From: Octopus vulgaris
Lineage: Eukaryota
DNA length: 64,000 bases
Direction: 5' to 3'
Assembly (NCBI GenBank): GCA_951406725.2
Contig: OX597827.1
Location: 74,710,001-74,774,000 of the forward strand
Every line of letters begins with the position of its first letter. The first letter of the stretch is position 1. Position numbers and translations under genes: made by a program. This document shows positions 1-57,769 of this stretch, in pieces. Below the pieces are notes generated by a model, which was not told the DNA's origin, did no database searches, and was given only the letters and a program-made list of their open reading frames with translations.

Positions 1-2012
1 AATATGGTTGAACGAGCACTAAATTTTGGGTTAGTGTCCTTACTCTCTGAGGTATTTGGTTATTGAGATATATATGAATTGCTCACCACTATTTTCATCA
101 GAGACTACTCAAAGGTTATCTGCGGAGAAATCTAGGTGGGAGACCAAGAAGTGAACTTTCGGTGGCATACGACAACCCATTACTGAGTAACATTTCAGAA
201 GACTCTTCAGGCCATCCTTGTGGTCCTTTGCATTCTTTGTTGCCTAAGAAATTGCTACACATACTATTGAAAACATTTCAGGCAGGCAATTCCAGTTCAT
301 TCAGTGTCGTCTTGAAGTTGATATCTTTGAGTACTTCTCTAATTTGGGGCTCGACAAAGATACTCTCTTTCAACTTCGCCTGAGTGATTTTCGGTAAGTT
401 TTCTATAATATACTCAAACCCTCTGCCATTCTTCTTCCCTGGTGTCATTACAAACAGTTTCATCAGTCCAAGTTTTATGTGCCAAGGGGGCACTAGGACA
501 TTACATGGATCTACAAGAGTTGTATTCATGATGCTGAACAGTCTTGATGTTCTTGTTTGCCAGTTTGATTCCTAATAATATCTGTCAGTTGCCCGAGTAT
601 CCCATAGACACAAGAAACAACAGTATTTTGTGAAACCTGACTGCCTTCCAATTGACATTCCAATGATTTTCAAATCTCCACATATTTTCCATGAATACCT
701 TTCATAGGCAACGGCATGAAGTAAAAGTTCCATATTCTCATATAATTCATGAAGATGAAAGGAGTGGAGTGTGCAATAGGAATGGAGTGCTTCAAATTAC
801 CATTATGGAGAAGTACAGCTTTTAAACTTTATTTTGAAGAGTCAATAAATAAATGCCACTCTGCAGGATCATGGCTTTGTCATATACGTTCGAAAAGCCA
901 ATCGATGTTACTGCAAAAGTAAAGGGAGTCCTCAATAGAAAATCACGTTTGTAGAACCACATTTCTCTGCTGCAAATAAGTTATTCGATAACCGTTTTCT
1001 ATCAGATACTTCTCCTTCAGTCTTCATGCAACAGTTCTGTTTTATCTTTTGAGAGGGATAGGTCTCTAACAAGGTCATTCAGTTGAGCTTGGGAAACTTT
1101 CCTCAGGTTCAAAGCTATCGTCATCAGCCACGTAATCATCCACAGCAGCACTATCGTGACAGTCAGCATCATCATATGATGTTTCAATACCATCATCTGG
1201 TGGAACTGGAATTGGCAGACTTCCATTATGAGGCATAGGTCTCATTGCAGAATCCAAAGTGGGATACACAATTTTGTCTTTATTACGCATAGAATATCCT
1301 GTGACAGTTACTTTGCAAGAACAACAGTCATTAAAATGGTCTTTCGGCTCCCTCCTTATCATTAGAATGGCAAAAGGCATGGAATTCTTCATCTTAATGG
1401 ACCAGTCACATAAGCCATTTGAGCAAGCTAAGCAGATAATATGTGGTGCCCATAATTTGTCCTGATCTCTAAAAGGACAGTCAAAGTATAGCTTATAAAT
1501 CCTCTTGATCTCTGGTGTTATTGTAAGTTTTTGAGCGTTGGCAATAAATTGTCCACAGGCATGACAAAATACATCACAACAATTTCTGCACTGTCTTGAC
1601 ATTGTTAACACAGAAAAGAAGTCGGGAACTAGATAAAACAATTATAGTTATATTGAATTTGAGATGAAGAAATATTTCATCAGACCAACTATGACTGGAC
1701 AATTTGAGATGTTGAAATACCTATTTCATCAAACAAAACTTGATTGGTTAATTTAAGATGATGAAATATTACATCTGAACTATGTAACAATGAATAATGT
1801 AGTTTATTTTAGACGTATATTTCCATGATGTATACACGTCACTAATTTTAATTGAAATTTCTCTATGATGCGTGTGCTAAAACCAAATGACTTTCTCATC
1901 TTACAAACTATACGTGATGTCAAAAAACAAATTGTATATTTGAAGTCAGCATTAAAAACTATTCTAGGTACACCTTGATATATGATTGATGACAAATACT
2001 TGTCGACCAGTG
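1..2012 (-). mobile_element. Chapaev3-like (CMC) DNA transposon, frameshifted; the other end lies before the window
   Basis: The minus-strand ORF 1075-1641 has a Cys/His zinc-finger-like N-terminus (C..DVFCHACG...DQDKLWAPHIIC..C...REPKDH..DC..C). Further fragments read CGDLK, SGFTKYCCFLCLWD and PPWHIKLGLMK. The terminus reads CACTGGTCGACAA on the minus strand (ends at 2012), followed by TAA. Family name is from recall of these motifs. Confidence 0.75.
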
Positions 2013-2468
2013 TAATAAGGCGCTGAATAATGTTGATGTAGTCTAATCGATATTACGTTTATTTAGACAGTGTATCTGAAAAATATTTCAACAGTCAAGA
2101 AGATATTTTCTGGTATAGTTTGCAATAGTGTTTAAAGTATTTCGTAGAGTAAAGCATTCCATTCAATGAAAGAAATAACTGAAAATGTCGGCTAGATGTG
2201 ATCTGAGATAATTTGCCTCTTCTCTTTATAAGAGTTTTATCGACCAATTCCTCTTCTCCATCAAAAATATGGTACCTTGTCAAATATCGTAACTAAGCAT
2301 ATAATATACTGCTCTCAGTTATTTCCATTGGTTATATTTTCTCTCGGTACAAATCCTTTTTTAATATATGAGTCACATGGTTCACAGAGACTTTATGAAT
2401 CGTTGATACAATTATTCTCGCAATAACGATAAATTTCATGAGATAGCTTTACGAAAACATAAGTTATA

Positions 2469-3693
2469 TCAGGTTGAGTAAAAAGTAATCAACGTTTTGA
2501 ACCATGAAGAATTTGTGCCGGATGTTTGAAGAGTTTTATTTTTTTACCAATTGTTTGAAAATAGAATTGCTCAAATGCATCAATAAATTAACATTGATAT
2601 TTTTTCATGGTTGTTACAATCATTTGAAATGGAACTGTCAAAGGGCGATATTCGAGAAATTTTGCTATTCAACTACTATACTAAAAAGGTCGTAAAGCGG
2701 CTGAAACAGCTCGCAATATCAACGAAACATTTGGTTAGGAAATGACCTGTGATTGGTCAGCTCCAAAATATTTTAAACGATTTCGCAGTGAGACCTGGGC
2801 CTTGAAGATCGCGAACATGGTGGACGCTCATCAGTTATCGATGATGGTCAATCAAAGATCGTTATTGAGTAAGATCCACGTAAAACCAGTCGAGAACTGG
2901 CAAAAGAACTTCAGGCCAGCCAGAAAACTGCCTGCAAGTGCGATCAAAGCATCAAAAAATCTCGACAAATGGGTAGCACACAATTTGAATGAAAATCAGA
3001 AGATGCTCAGATAGGAAATTTGCTCGTCACCTCTCCTACCTAACGTGACCGATCTGTTTCTCGACCGTTTTCTAACTTGCGGTGTAGAGTGGATTCTGTG
3101 CAATAAAAGAAAATGTTCTTCGCAGTAGTTGGACCAAAATGAAGCACCGGAAACTTTCCATAATCCCGATCTCTTCAAACAGGTCATGGTGACTGTTTGG
3201 TGGTGTACTGCTGGACTCATCCAATATAACTTCTTCAAACCCGGAAAAACCATTACTGTAGAAACATATTGCCATGAAATTACCAAAATGTACGGGAAAA
3301 TGCTACTCGTCTCCCAGACGGGGCAACAGAAAAGGGCTGATCATTCTTCATAACAATGCTCGACCATACGTTTCACTAACGACACTCCAGAAATTGAGGG
3401 AACTTGGCTACAAAGTTCTTCCACACCCAGCTTATTCCCCAGACTTTTGTCTTACTAACTACGACTTTGTCAAACACCTTGATGGTTTCCTGCGAGAGAA
3501 GGCATTCAAAAATCAAAACGATGGTCAAATATTTCATTAGCTCCTGAACTCCAGATTTTTATGTTACCGGAATAAACAAACGTGTAACTCATTGGCAAAA
3601 AATGTGTTGATTGTAATGGTACTTCCGCATTGTTGAAATGTATAGTGATGAATTTCATGTTTCAAAATGTTGCTTACTTTTTACTCAGCCTGA
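2469..3693 (+). mobile_element. Mariner (Tc1/mariner) element, full length, transposase disrupted
   Basis: TIRs tcaggttgagtaaaaagtaa / ttactttttactcagcctga are flanked by TA. Transposase fragments include WVAHNL, VMVTVWW, HNNARPY and HPAYSPDF. Confidence 0.92.
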
Positions 3694-3869
3694 TATTATG
3701 ATAAATCCTTAAGCATCGGCAGCTAAGAATCTTTATCCAGAAATATAAAACGCATGTGAGATGTTAAACCGGAACCATTAAGGATATATATTTGAGTGTA
3801 TGGTTGCGCGTGCATATGTGTACACGATCTTGACATATACGTGTTTCGAATGTTGGTACAAGGACAGCA

Positions 3870-4012
3870 TTACTGGCACTTATTTCATCTACCCCGAGAG
3901 GATGAAATGCAAAGATAACCACGGTTGAAATTGAACTTATAATGTAAATATGGACAAAATGCTGCAAATCATTTTGCCCGGCGTGATAACGATTCTGTCT
4001 GATCTCCGCCTT
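3870..4012 (-). mobile_element. tRNA-derived SINE fragment (Nin/Deu-domain type)
   Basis: Degenerate match to the element at 8060-8271 (accccgagaggatgaaa...cggcgtgataacgattctg...ccgcct). Confidence 0.6.
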
Positions 4013-4623
4013 ACAATCTTGAAACTTTTTACTAATAATTGTAGTTCATTACATTGGCACCGTGATATAACCTGACATGACATAGGTGTAGCATGTTGGA
4101 ATCATCTCCAAAACTAAAATAGAATTGTTTAACATTCATTTTATCAACCTAGATGCAATGAAAATCAAGCTCATATCTGTTGGTAACTGAATGAATTCAG
4201 AAAATATAGGGATGAAAACAATGACAATATAGTTGCGCCACACTATGTATTTAATAATATTTAAGATAACGGTATTTCATATAGGATGAAAATTTAATCC
4301 TTGTAAAAATGAAGAAATAAGTTTTTTTTCTGTTGGCAATGATATATCAGTCGTGAAATTCATGATATAAATAAAAGAGTATTAAATTCGAAGTAATGTG
4401 TCACACAGCTGATTTCCCGTATGAAAATGAAGACTTTGGTGTTCTCTTGTTAATTATTTTAATCTATCAATATAGATTTACGTGAGTTATATCAATATTA
4501 ATAGTACACTATATGCTACTTGTAACTTATAACTATATGATATTTAACTATTTGGTTTTAATCAGACAGTCACACTGATAGTTACGCATTAGTAGTTCAT
4601 GAAATAAATCTATACTTATATAG

Positions 4624-48541
<43,918 letters not shown>

Positions 48542-48699
48542 TACATGGGTGGATGGTGTGAATGTTTTTATAGTACCCACATTATAGATGTTACATGTTA
48601 TGAGTTAAGCGGTGATGTATGCAAAAAAATTATTTCCTTTTTGGATAAAGAAAACCAAAGGTTAGCGGCAATTGCTTGTATCTCTCAAAGGGAATTGAA

Positions 48700-48845
48700 A
48701 CATTTTCAAGAAACTGGTAGTTAAATTATTGACCCTGAGACAAAGTCAACCCTGACGGAATTTGAACTCAGAACGTAGCGACAGACGAAATGCCGTTAAG
48801 CATTTGTTCCGGCGTGCTACGATTCTGCCAGCTCGCTGCCTTAAA
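48700..48845 (-). mobile_element. Nin-type SINE
   Basis: Matches 8060-8271. Confidence 0.8.
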
Positions 48846-50781
48846 ACTAATAATAATGTTAAAAGGAAACATCGTCTCACCTTTTGTTGAAGTAAATATT
48901 GAAAATTCATCTTTGTTTGCACATACAGGCCAACTATGTGACATAGTTCTGTGATAATACATTATGCTAATTACAATGACCAAAATTTATCCGGTACAGC
49001 CTTAAAAAAATTGCACTGAATTTATGGTTTTTGAAAAGCCAAAAGATGTTTATTCTTGCCTACAGATAACCGTTTATTTTTCTCTCCCCTAGAGAAGTCA
49101 ATTAACTTTGAAATATTAAAATTAATTTCTTGAAATGATTTTCTTTTTCGATTGAGACTTCGCAACAATTGCTGATAAATTCTTTTTTCTCTGTCTCCAA
49201 CTGGGAAGAAAATTTCATTGAATAATTAATCTTTTCCTTTTTCTTGTGTATGTGTACGACATTCAGTAAATCGTCGCTTAACTTCGGGTCATTTACCCTT
49301 TTGAGTTATTTCCCTTATCCCAATTTTTAAAAAGAATTTATATCTCACAGCATATATTTTTACTTTTTTGATTTCTTACAGTCAGCCTCTCTTTTCTTCT
49401 CACCATTTTTTAATATTTTCTTCTTTATATCTCTCAATACGTTTTTTCTATTTTCTTTATTCTTACATTTTTTTACTTAATATATTTAATCAACATATTC
49501 GGGCTTTTAATTTTTATTAATACCATATAACGCATGACACAGAAATTCAGGCAGTAACCTTCAATTATTGCGAAACAGAGACAAGAAACTAATTCGTTTA
49601 TAACTGCTATCTTCTTAATTGCAATACCACCACTATCATCTCAATTCATTTACCATATCACTTGCCTCGATTCGTATGCGGTTGGTGGCTTCTTTCATAT
49701 ACTGTTGCTGCCATTTCAGTTAACGGTGTCCTTCAGTTCAAAGACCACTGGTGTCTTCCTATTTCATATACCATGGTGCCCTGACTATTGAAACATTACA
49801 GCTATCATATCAATACGTATAAAATTGTTGTATTCTCTATCCAAACACCCTTGATATCTATCGCATTTATATACAGTTTGTATTCTCTCCGATTAGATTC
49901 ATATCCCAAGCGTTCTTCAAAGGTCATATGCTGAGTATTTTTCTCTCAGATCATATACGTCAAATGTTGCTCTGTCTTTATCGCTAATGTCTTCTCCATT
50001 CATTTACAACCATTGCTGTCTCGATTCATAGACATGAAGTTGGTGCCAATATCGTTGTTTATATCATGAAAAAAATAGTCAATAATATCTTAATTCAGTC
50101 ACCTACATTTTGCTTGGTACTCACAAGAAATCTTCCGTAATATCAGCATTAATGATTGCATTTATGACCAACGTTGTCTATATGTTAAAAGCAATATAAT
50201 TGTGTAATCTTTTTTGTAATCTGTATCAATAAAGATATAATTATAAACTCTGTCCACTCATACAAAATAATAAAATTATCTATTTCTATAAACGTCGATG
50301 TTTGTCTTTTGTCTTGAAACATCATTATACAGTAGAATAACGCAAATGGTAAAACAGAAATTATTCAAGAAAACAAATGATGAAAGACTGATAATAGTAA
50401 TGGAATAGTAATCTCTCCTGTTCTCTCACCATCTCACACTATTATTCTCAGCAAACCCCACCACATGTACATTTGTTCCGTTCATCTACCTTACCGCATT
50501 GTATAAGCAGTATATATTGCAATAATATTGTAATAAAAAATTTCTTTCGTTTAGGAAAACAGTTTTACATAGCAAACATATACGCATAGAAGGATGGTGA
50601 AATAGAAATGTGCTTTACGATCTAAATGGGTTATGTAGCTTTAAGTTGAAGTTCAATTTTCCCCAGATTTTATCAACAATACTAGGCGATTGATAAAATG
50701 TGTATATGTAATAATCTTAAAACTAAAGTGACTTAGCTATTGTAAGTGGAGTGGTATTTTCCGGGAAATAGTCGAGAAAAA

Positions 50782-50823
<42 letters not shown>

Positions 50824-50886
50824 AATGAGAGTGGATGAGACGTTATAATGAAGAGGTTATTGACATTTACTTCTATTGTCTTTCAG

Positions 50887-50944
50887 ACATTTGAAATATG
50901 TATGGCAAGTGGCTAATTTCCTATATTAAAAGGTAATTCTTTAG
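50887..50944 (+). pseudogene. Frameshifted paralogous copy of the RPTP terminal exon
   Basis: tctttcag| followed by HLKYVWQVANFLY*KVIL*, which aligns with SYAYIWEVAEYLQKESILY. Confidence 0.6.
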
Positions 50945-51017
50945 TGGGATTAGACACAGTGAAAATAAAGGAAAAAATAAGGAATAAAGAAAGACGGTTT
51001 TATGTGGGCAGAGTGCG

Positions 51018-51790
51018 TTAGGTTGTTCCGAAAATAATGGCCGATTTCAGAAAAATAATTTTATTCTGGAAAAATTAACAACAGAAATGTTTTGATTGGC
51101 CAAAGTTTGAGCTGTGAACATGTATGCATCTCTGCTATCGATCAACGAGATAGTTTATGCCTCGATGAGAAAAACTTATCGGCTTCGATGCTAAGAAATC
51201 TTTGAAAGCTGATTCCACCTGTGGTTTGGACCTGAAAGTTTTATCACTTAAAAACATGTTTAAATGCTTTAAAATATAGTAGCCAGTGGGTGAAAGATCA
51301 GGAGAATACGAAGCATGTGGTAAGGTCTCGTATCCCAAGTCTGCGAGTTTCTGCAGCGTCATTCTTGCAACATGTGGTTTTGCATTATCGCGGAGCAGAA
51401 TTGGGCGACGCCGATTCACCATTGCAGGTCTCACTTTTTGCAAGTGAGCATGCATTTCAGCGAGTTGATTACTGTAAATCTCTGCTGTAATGCTTTGATT
51501 TGCTTCCAGAAAGCTGTAATGGACAACACCAATTGCAGACCACGAGACGGTCACCATAATATTTTGCTGATCCAAGTTTGGCTTTGGGAAATGTTTGGGG
51601 GATTCATCACGATCAAAACATTGACCTGATCATTTACAGTTATCATAAAGGATCCACTTTTCGTTACAAGTATCTATTCGATCAAGAAAACGATCATTGG
51701 TGATTCGCAGAAAGAGCACCGAATACGATTCAAAACACCGAACTTTTACCTTTTTGAAAATTAGCACATTTTCAACAGTTTTCATATAAA
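51018..51790 (-). mobile_element. Mariner element, 5'-truncated
   Basis: TIR ttaggttgttccgaaaataatggccg; ORF 51135-51575 has LRDNAKPH and HASYSPDLSPTGYY. Confidence 0.88.
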
Positions 51791-53040
51791 ATTGACAGAA
51801 GTAGTTAAGGTTAATCCTAGGCGTTAAGTGTCACTGATGAGGGCTAAGATGGTCTACACCAAAATCCGAAATTGTCGATCCGTATTTTCTGACTCTTGAG
51901 TTGTTTTAACTGGTATTTCTATCAATAGTGATGCTAGTCAGCATCCCCTGTCGCTTTTGTAACCTCTATTAATACGCATATACACACGTACATGCACACA
52001 CACATACACACACACACACACACACATACACACGGCACATATTTAAGAAATGAAAAATCAGGAGTTTGAGGGACCTGCCCACCCCTTTCAGAAGTGGATT
52101 AATGAAATTTTAAAAAGTGTACACTGCTACGTATATGAAGACTTGCTATGATAAAAAGTACAAAACATGTCAAAGATTGAAGATAAGTATCAGGGAAGAA
52201 ATATATATTCTAGAAATTGAGGTAGAATGGTAAATGCAGGATCCAAGACAATTAGAGAAAGAGGAAAGGAAATAGAACGCAAAGAGAAAAGCGAACACAA
52301 TTTTCTCTTCATCTGATTGGTCAATTCGTGAGGAGGGGTTGATAGAGTGAGGAGACATTATAAAGAGAACAACTTGTAAGTGAGTATACCTCTGTGTGAG
52401 GATTGAGTGAGCGGGGAAGAGAGAGATAGAGAAAGAGAGCAAAAAACGATGTTGCCATTATATCCACACAAATCAGACGGACATAAAACTCGAATATATC
52501 AATAGACACACGCACTTTCGCGCACGCAAGCATACACACAAACACACAAATGTATAAAAATAAGCTCGCAACGCCGCCTACTCTGACTGTGAGGTGCATG
52601 CATTTCTAGAAACAGGACAGGGCGTGATGCGACCTAATAAGAGTGATTGCTTCTCTTATGATATTACAGTCATCGTATAATAACTAAGTAGTGGTGATCC
52701 CAAAACGAAGGTGCGCGTGCGTGGGTATAAGCGAGTTTGTATATGTGTGTGGACGAGGGCTGGTGATCTTGACGTTTGCGTGTGCGTATGTGTAGGTGTG
52801 AAAATGTGGTCTGGGAAGTGTTTAGTGGTGATGTGTGGTATGGTAGTGTAAGGTGTAGTAGTGTGTGGTGTGATGTGATGGTACTGGGAGGTGGGGAGAA
52901 CAAGAGTGGGGAAAGCAAGGATGGGGGTAGAGGTGGGGTATGTGGGAGTGGGTTAAGGGATGGGGTGGGGTGGGATGGGGAAGGATATGGAAGGGGTTTA
53001 GATTGAGAGGGGAGGAGAATTAAGGCACACACACACACAA

Positions 53041-53085
<45 letters not shown>

Positions 53086-53549
53086 CGACAAGCTCTTGTT
53101 TTAGCTTTGTACTCATACTATTGTATCTTTTGCCGAACAGCTCAATTAGGGTGACTTAAACGAACCAGCATCCGTTCTCAAGCAGTAGTGCGGGGCAAAC
53201 ACAGACACACACATATAAAAAGTCTCCACTCGACACTGTGAAGCGGTTGGCATTTCAAAGGTCATCCAGTTGTAAAAACCGTGCCAGTGCTGACCTCGTG
53301 CTGGTGCTACGTAAAAAAGTCCATTCTGTGGGGCGGATGGTGTGGGAAAAGCAATTCAACTATGAAAACCATGCCAAAACAGACACAGTAACCTCATGTA
53401 ACCTTCTAACTGGCCGGCCCCTGTCAAACGGTCTCACCCATGCAAGACTGGAAGACGGATATTAAAAGATTATAATGATGATGATGATATACATAGACAT
53501 AGATATACGAACGTAGACACATCAATATATAATAGTAAATCTCTCTGTC

Positions 53550-53655
<106 letters not shown>

Positions 53656-54239
53656 CAGTTGTATATAATTATACAGATGTACAGACCCATTCACACACAC
53701 ACTTATATATATAAATAACTACATGTGAATCGTTAGCGATTTTCTTTCTTCCTCTGTCTTCCTTTCTATTGGACTTTCCTCTGTTTCTGAAGAAGAACGT
53801 TGTTGGAAACGTTAAACCATCTTTCTTTCCTTCCCTGAGCGTCTGCTAATACTTTACATGTACCACGTCCTCACGTTGCTGTTTGTTTGTGTTTGTTCAT
53901 CTATATTTCTTTTTGTAGACTTAAATGTATATATACACCGATATGCATATAAATACATAAATAGATAGACATATATGGATACACCTATTCGTACACAAAT
54001 AGTATTGCAATAGGTAAGCCCACAAAATAGTAAATTTTACTGATATATATATATATATATACATATCATACACAAAGTTTGGTTAAGTCATATGTGCTTG
54101 GTGTTTTAGAGAAGAGGAAGTAAGTATCAAACGTAGATTAACCGTGAAAACATCAGAAAGATTGGGTATTCTACCCTTATAAAACGGAGAAAAAAACATT
54201 TGCCAGCAGTCGTTTTTTTGATACTAACCGTCAGACATC

Positions 54240-56510
54240 GGTTGAGTAATCTACCATTAAGCAATAACTGACAATTATAACACTAAATAATATCTTTTGG
54301 AATGCGACAACATTTTATAAAGAAACTTTAGAAGCGTCGAATGTGTTGATATTTTGCAGACAAAAAGGCTCATTTGGAATACAGTTAAGCGATGAAATTG
54401 TATAAGCGATGAAATTGTATAAAGGTTATAATTGTAATTCGAGTGTAGATTTAAATCCTCTATGGTAGTATAAGAGCAAAGGAGAAGATCTGTCATTTTC
54501 GTGTCGCCGTGGTTTTAAGTCTTAATGTCGTTAATTCCAGAAGCATTGTTATCCGATCTAACGCTAGGGTTGGTAGGATTTTCCCGGTTTACCGTGTTAC
54601 TATGAGCTCGGTTAATGTGGAAGCCAAACGAGTGGTTCACAGGACCTGAAGTAAGAGGGTCGAGTTTGCTCCTATTAGAATCGGCAATTATAGATCCCAA
54701 ATTTACGAAAGTGAATATGACATTTTCATAGTGGGTTTCTTAAATATGGAATAATACTTATTTTAGGGTCGGAATTTAGAGTTTACGTTGTTTAACTTGA
54801 GAAGAAAACTGGAATGCAAACTATAAAGTCTCACGTTTTCTACTCCTGGGGACCTTAGGGCCGTGCTTGGTATTGGGCTGGTCAGCGTTGGGTGGTCGGA
54901 GTGCATCCACCTGAGAACTAGGCGAGTGATTATTAGCGAGGGAAGCTTGCTGAGAGGCGCTAGTGCGTAGAGAGGCAGGGCTTAGTCTGGGTAGGAGACT
55001 TAATATATCTAGAATAAAATAAAAGTTCTAGTTTGGTTTTCAGTCCAGTATTAGGGATATATGAGAACCTCTCAAGGAAGACGCTATTACGTAGAGTATT
55101 TTTATAGTGCAGGGTGTGATAATGTAAGTAATCCTCATTGACGGATAGCCTAGAAATCCTAACAGAAATACCTTATGTTATATCAGACATATTTAGGATG
55201 ATTAGACAGAACGCCGATGTAGTCTAAAGAGTCATTACTCTTCTGGTAAGGCTAGTAGAGACTAGAATCTAAGTGAAGCGCCAGATCCCAGAAGGTGGTT
55301 ACTTTATTCCTTTGTTCAAATAAGTTTTTAAAGAGTTTATCGAGGGCTTTACGGATACGCTCAGTGGACGACCCTGACGTCCCTGTATTTGTGAAAAATG
55401 TTCATTTGTTTATGAGAGAAGAAAGAGATATACCAGGGTCGTGACTCGAGCAGAGTCTGAAGAATCTATGATGATATCGAAGAGATTTATGGTGGTAGTA
55501 TGTGACCAGTATTCATTAAAAATAAAAACAAACGTGCTTTTCAGCTGCTAAGATAATGTAAATGTCAAACTTAGAAAGAGAAGCAAGTTTCCCCGCAAAC
55601 ATTAGAGCCTTATTTAGAAGGATAACAGATATGAAAGCGTAAAAGCTCGAAATATCAAACTGGGGGAAGTGAGTATTAGATTTGTAAGGAACAGAGTGGT
55701 ACCACATAATGATATCACGATTACTTTTCCAAAGGGAAAGATTAATTCTGTTGCTCAAAGGTGATAAGCCAGAGTATTATGCATTTACTAATGCCACACA
55801 GATCGGATTTTATGGGGCAAACGAGTGAAATGGTAATCCTTATCTTTGGAGGAGTATGCAATATTAGATTTGTTATCATAAAAGAAGGTCAGCCATCTCA
55901 TTCGTGCGATGAAATCGTTGGTTTTCTGTAACAGCAATACGATTATTTAGCTACAAATTACAAATTTGCACGAACCGTAAGGATGCAGAAAAGAATCAAC
56001 CTGCTAGAAATAAGAGCTAAAGTTTTAATTAAAAGCACCGTAAAGCACCAAGATAACAGACAAATAACAGTAGGCGAGGCAAAAACACATCTATGAAAGA
56101 TTATAGAGTTTAGAACATCCACATACCCGGGTTTCGGCTTTTGGAAATTTAATCCTTGACTCTCTTCACTGTGGACTACCTAGTAAAAATTCGACCGTCA
56201 CGCTATATTCCGTTAGTGTACTGGTTCTGTTTAGCACCAAAAACATAGCTCTTTGCCTGCGAACCACCTATGTTACTAATGTTTATACCATCAATTTTAT
56301 CTTTTAACCAAAGATGATATTAACAATAGTGACATCTTATTTCAAATCTTAGTCTTGGAATATTTTGTTTATCAATTTTTCTCCACCATGTGCTTGTGTT
56401 TAGTTGCCTCACGTTTATTCTAGTCTGTGAAGCTGTGTGATTACGAAATCTTGCCTTGAAATTTCTCTCTGTAAGACCCACATACTTTTTAGTTACAGCG
56501 TTATACATGC
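54240..56510 (-). mobile_element. Penelope-like element, decayed (RT plus an upstream GIY-YIG/pLTR-like segment)
   Basis: RT fragment QFDISSFYAFIS..LLNKAL (55516-55758); GIY-YIG-like KKYVGLTERNFKARFRNH (56320-56508); degenerate hammerhead at 56118-56172. Confidence 0.75.
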
Positions 56511-57769
56511 GTTATATATGTGCGTGTGTGTGAATGTATGTGCGTGTACGTATTTGAGCTACTGAGTTCTTATATTCATTGTACATTGGCAATACCAGAT
56601 TTACAGAGACAAAGAGTAAAATTATTTCTTCGTTCAACATATCAGCTACGACAACAGAGAGGAATGGAGATGTCTGCAATGAATTTATATTCACCCAACT
56701 TTTCGAAAATAAACTATTTTCTATTATGATGTTTCTGTATTTCATTTATTATAGCAATGATGCTCCATATTAATGAGGCAAATCAATAGAGTGAATAAAA
56801 GCAGTTTCTCTTTCTCAGAATTCTATTTCTTCAGCAACATTCATCACAAATTGAAGGACATTAAAGTCGATGTAACTTGGTTTACTCTGGATTCAATTTA
56901 TAATTGTAACGTTTCTACTTACCATGTCTGTAGTAAGAACGGCAGAAAATATTTTGTCAGTCTTTCTATTTTCCGTAGAATTACCAATAAAAAGATAACG
57001 CTATAATATTAAATATTACTGAACTGTGTAATTTTCGAAGGAATCACTGAATTAATTTTCAGTGTCAGCTGTGGAGTGCATATGTTGATCTGTTTTGTCT
57101 CGTCGGACTTTGTAGCAGACGATATTAAGATTGAGGAATGCGCATGCGTAGTGTTGTCATCGGCAACGGTTCGCTTACTTTAAGCTAGTTTTATACAGTC
57201 TTTACATCAATGGAGACATTAATAAGTGATGAGTACTTCGACTTAATACAAAAGCATGTTATTATGTAGTAAATGGTACAGGGTAAGACGAAGTAATCCA
57301 GGGGCGGCTACTCGTCTAGGTTTTTCACGACAGGAATGTTGTCTTATTACGAGGAAAATATACGTTGCAGAAACGAGATTACCTTTTACGATTTTGACAA
57401 TTTTTTACATATGAAAGTGATTATTAATTGTGTTCTTGGTTCTTAGATGATTAGCTTCTCTTTGTGTGCACATGCGTGCAAGATTTCTTGCCAATAGAGA
57501 AAGAGCCAGTTTCTAACATAGATCTAACGCACCTTCACTGGAATTTCAACATCAGCAGGAGGGCATTTTTATTTGTTGGTATATATGTATGCATACATCT
57601 GTTTTATTTCAGGGTTTCTTGCCAATAGAGATTGCGCCGGTTTCTAACCTAGATTCAATGCTTCTCCATTGGGATTTCAACATCATCAACAGGGTATTTG
57701 TGTTTGCATGTATGCATATGTGTAGATGTATTCTTATGCGTATATTTGCATATCTAGACATGCTCATAT

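Noticed and set aside
1650-1790. Three spaced repeats of about 45 bp, superficially array-like
   Set aside because: Degenerate subterminal repeats of the Chapaev-like transposon; eukaryotic context with no CRISPR structure.
2013-4623. Search for the transmembrane exon of the RPTP
   Set aside because: No hydrophobic exon with suitable splice sites was found; it is presumably upstream of the window.
50555-50710. Possible relic of the penultimate D2 exons (TVLHSK, INNTRRLIK)
   Set aside because: The matches are too short and lie in different frames; chance cannot be excluded.
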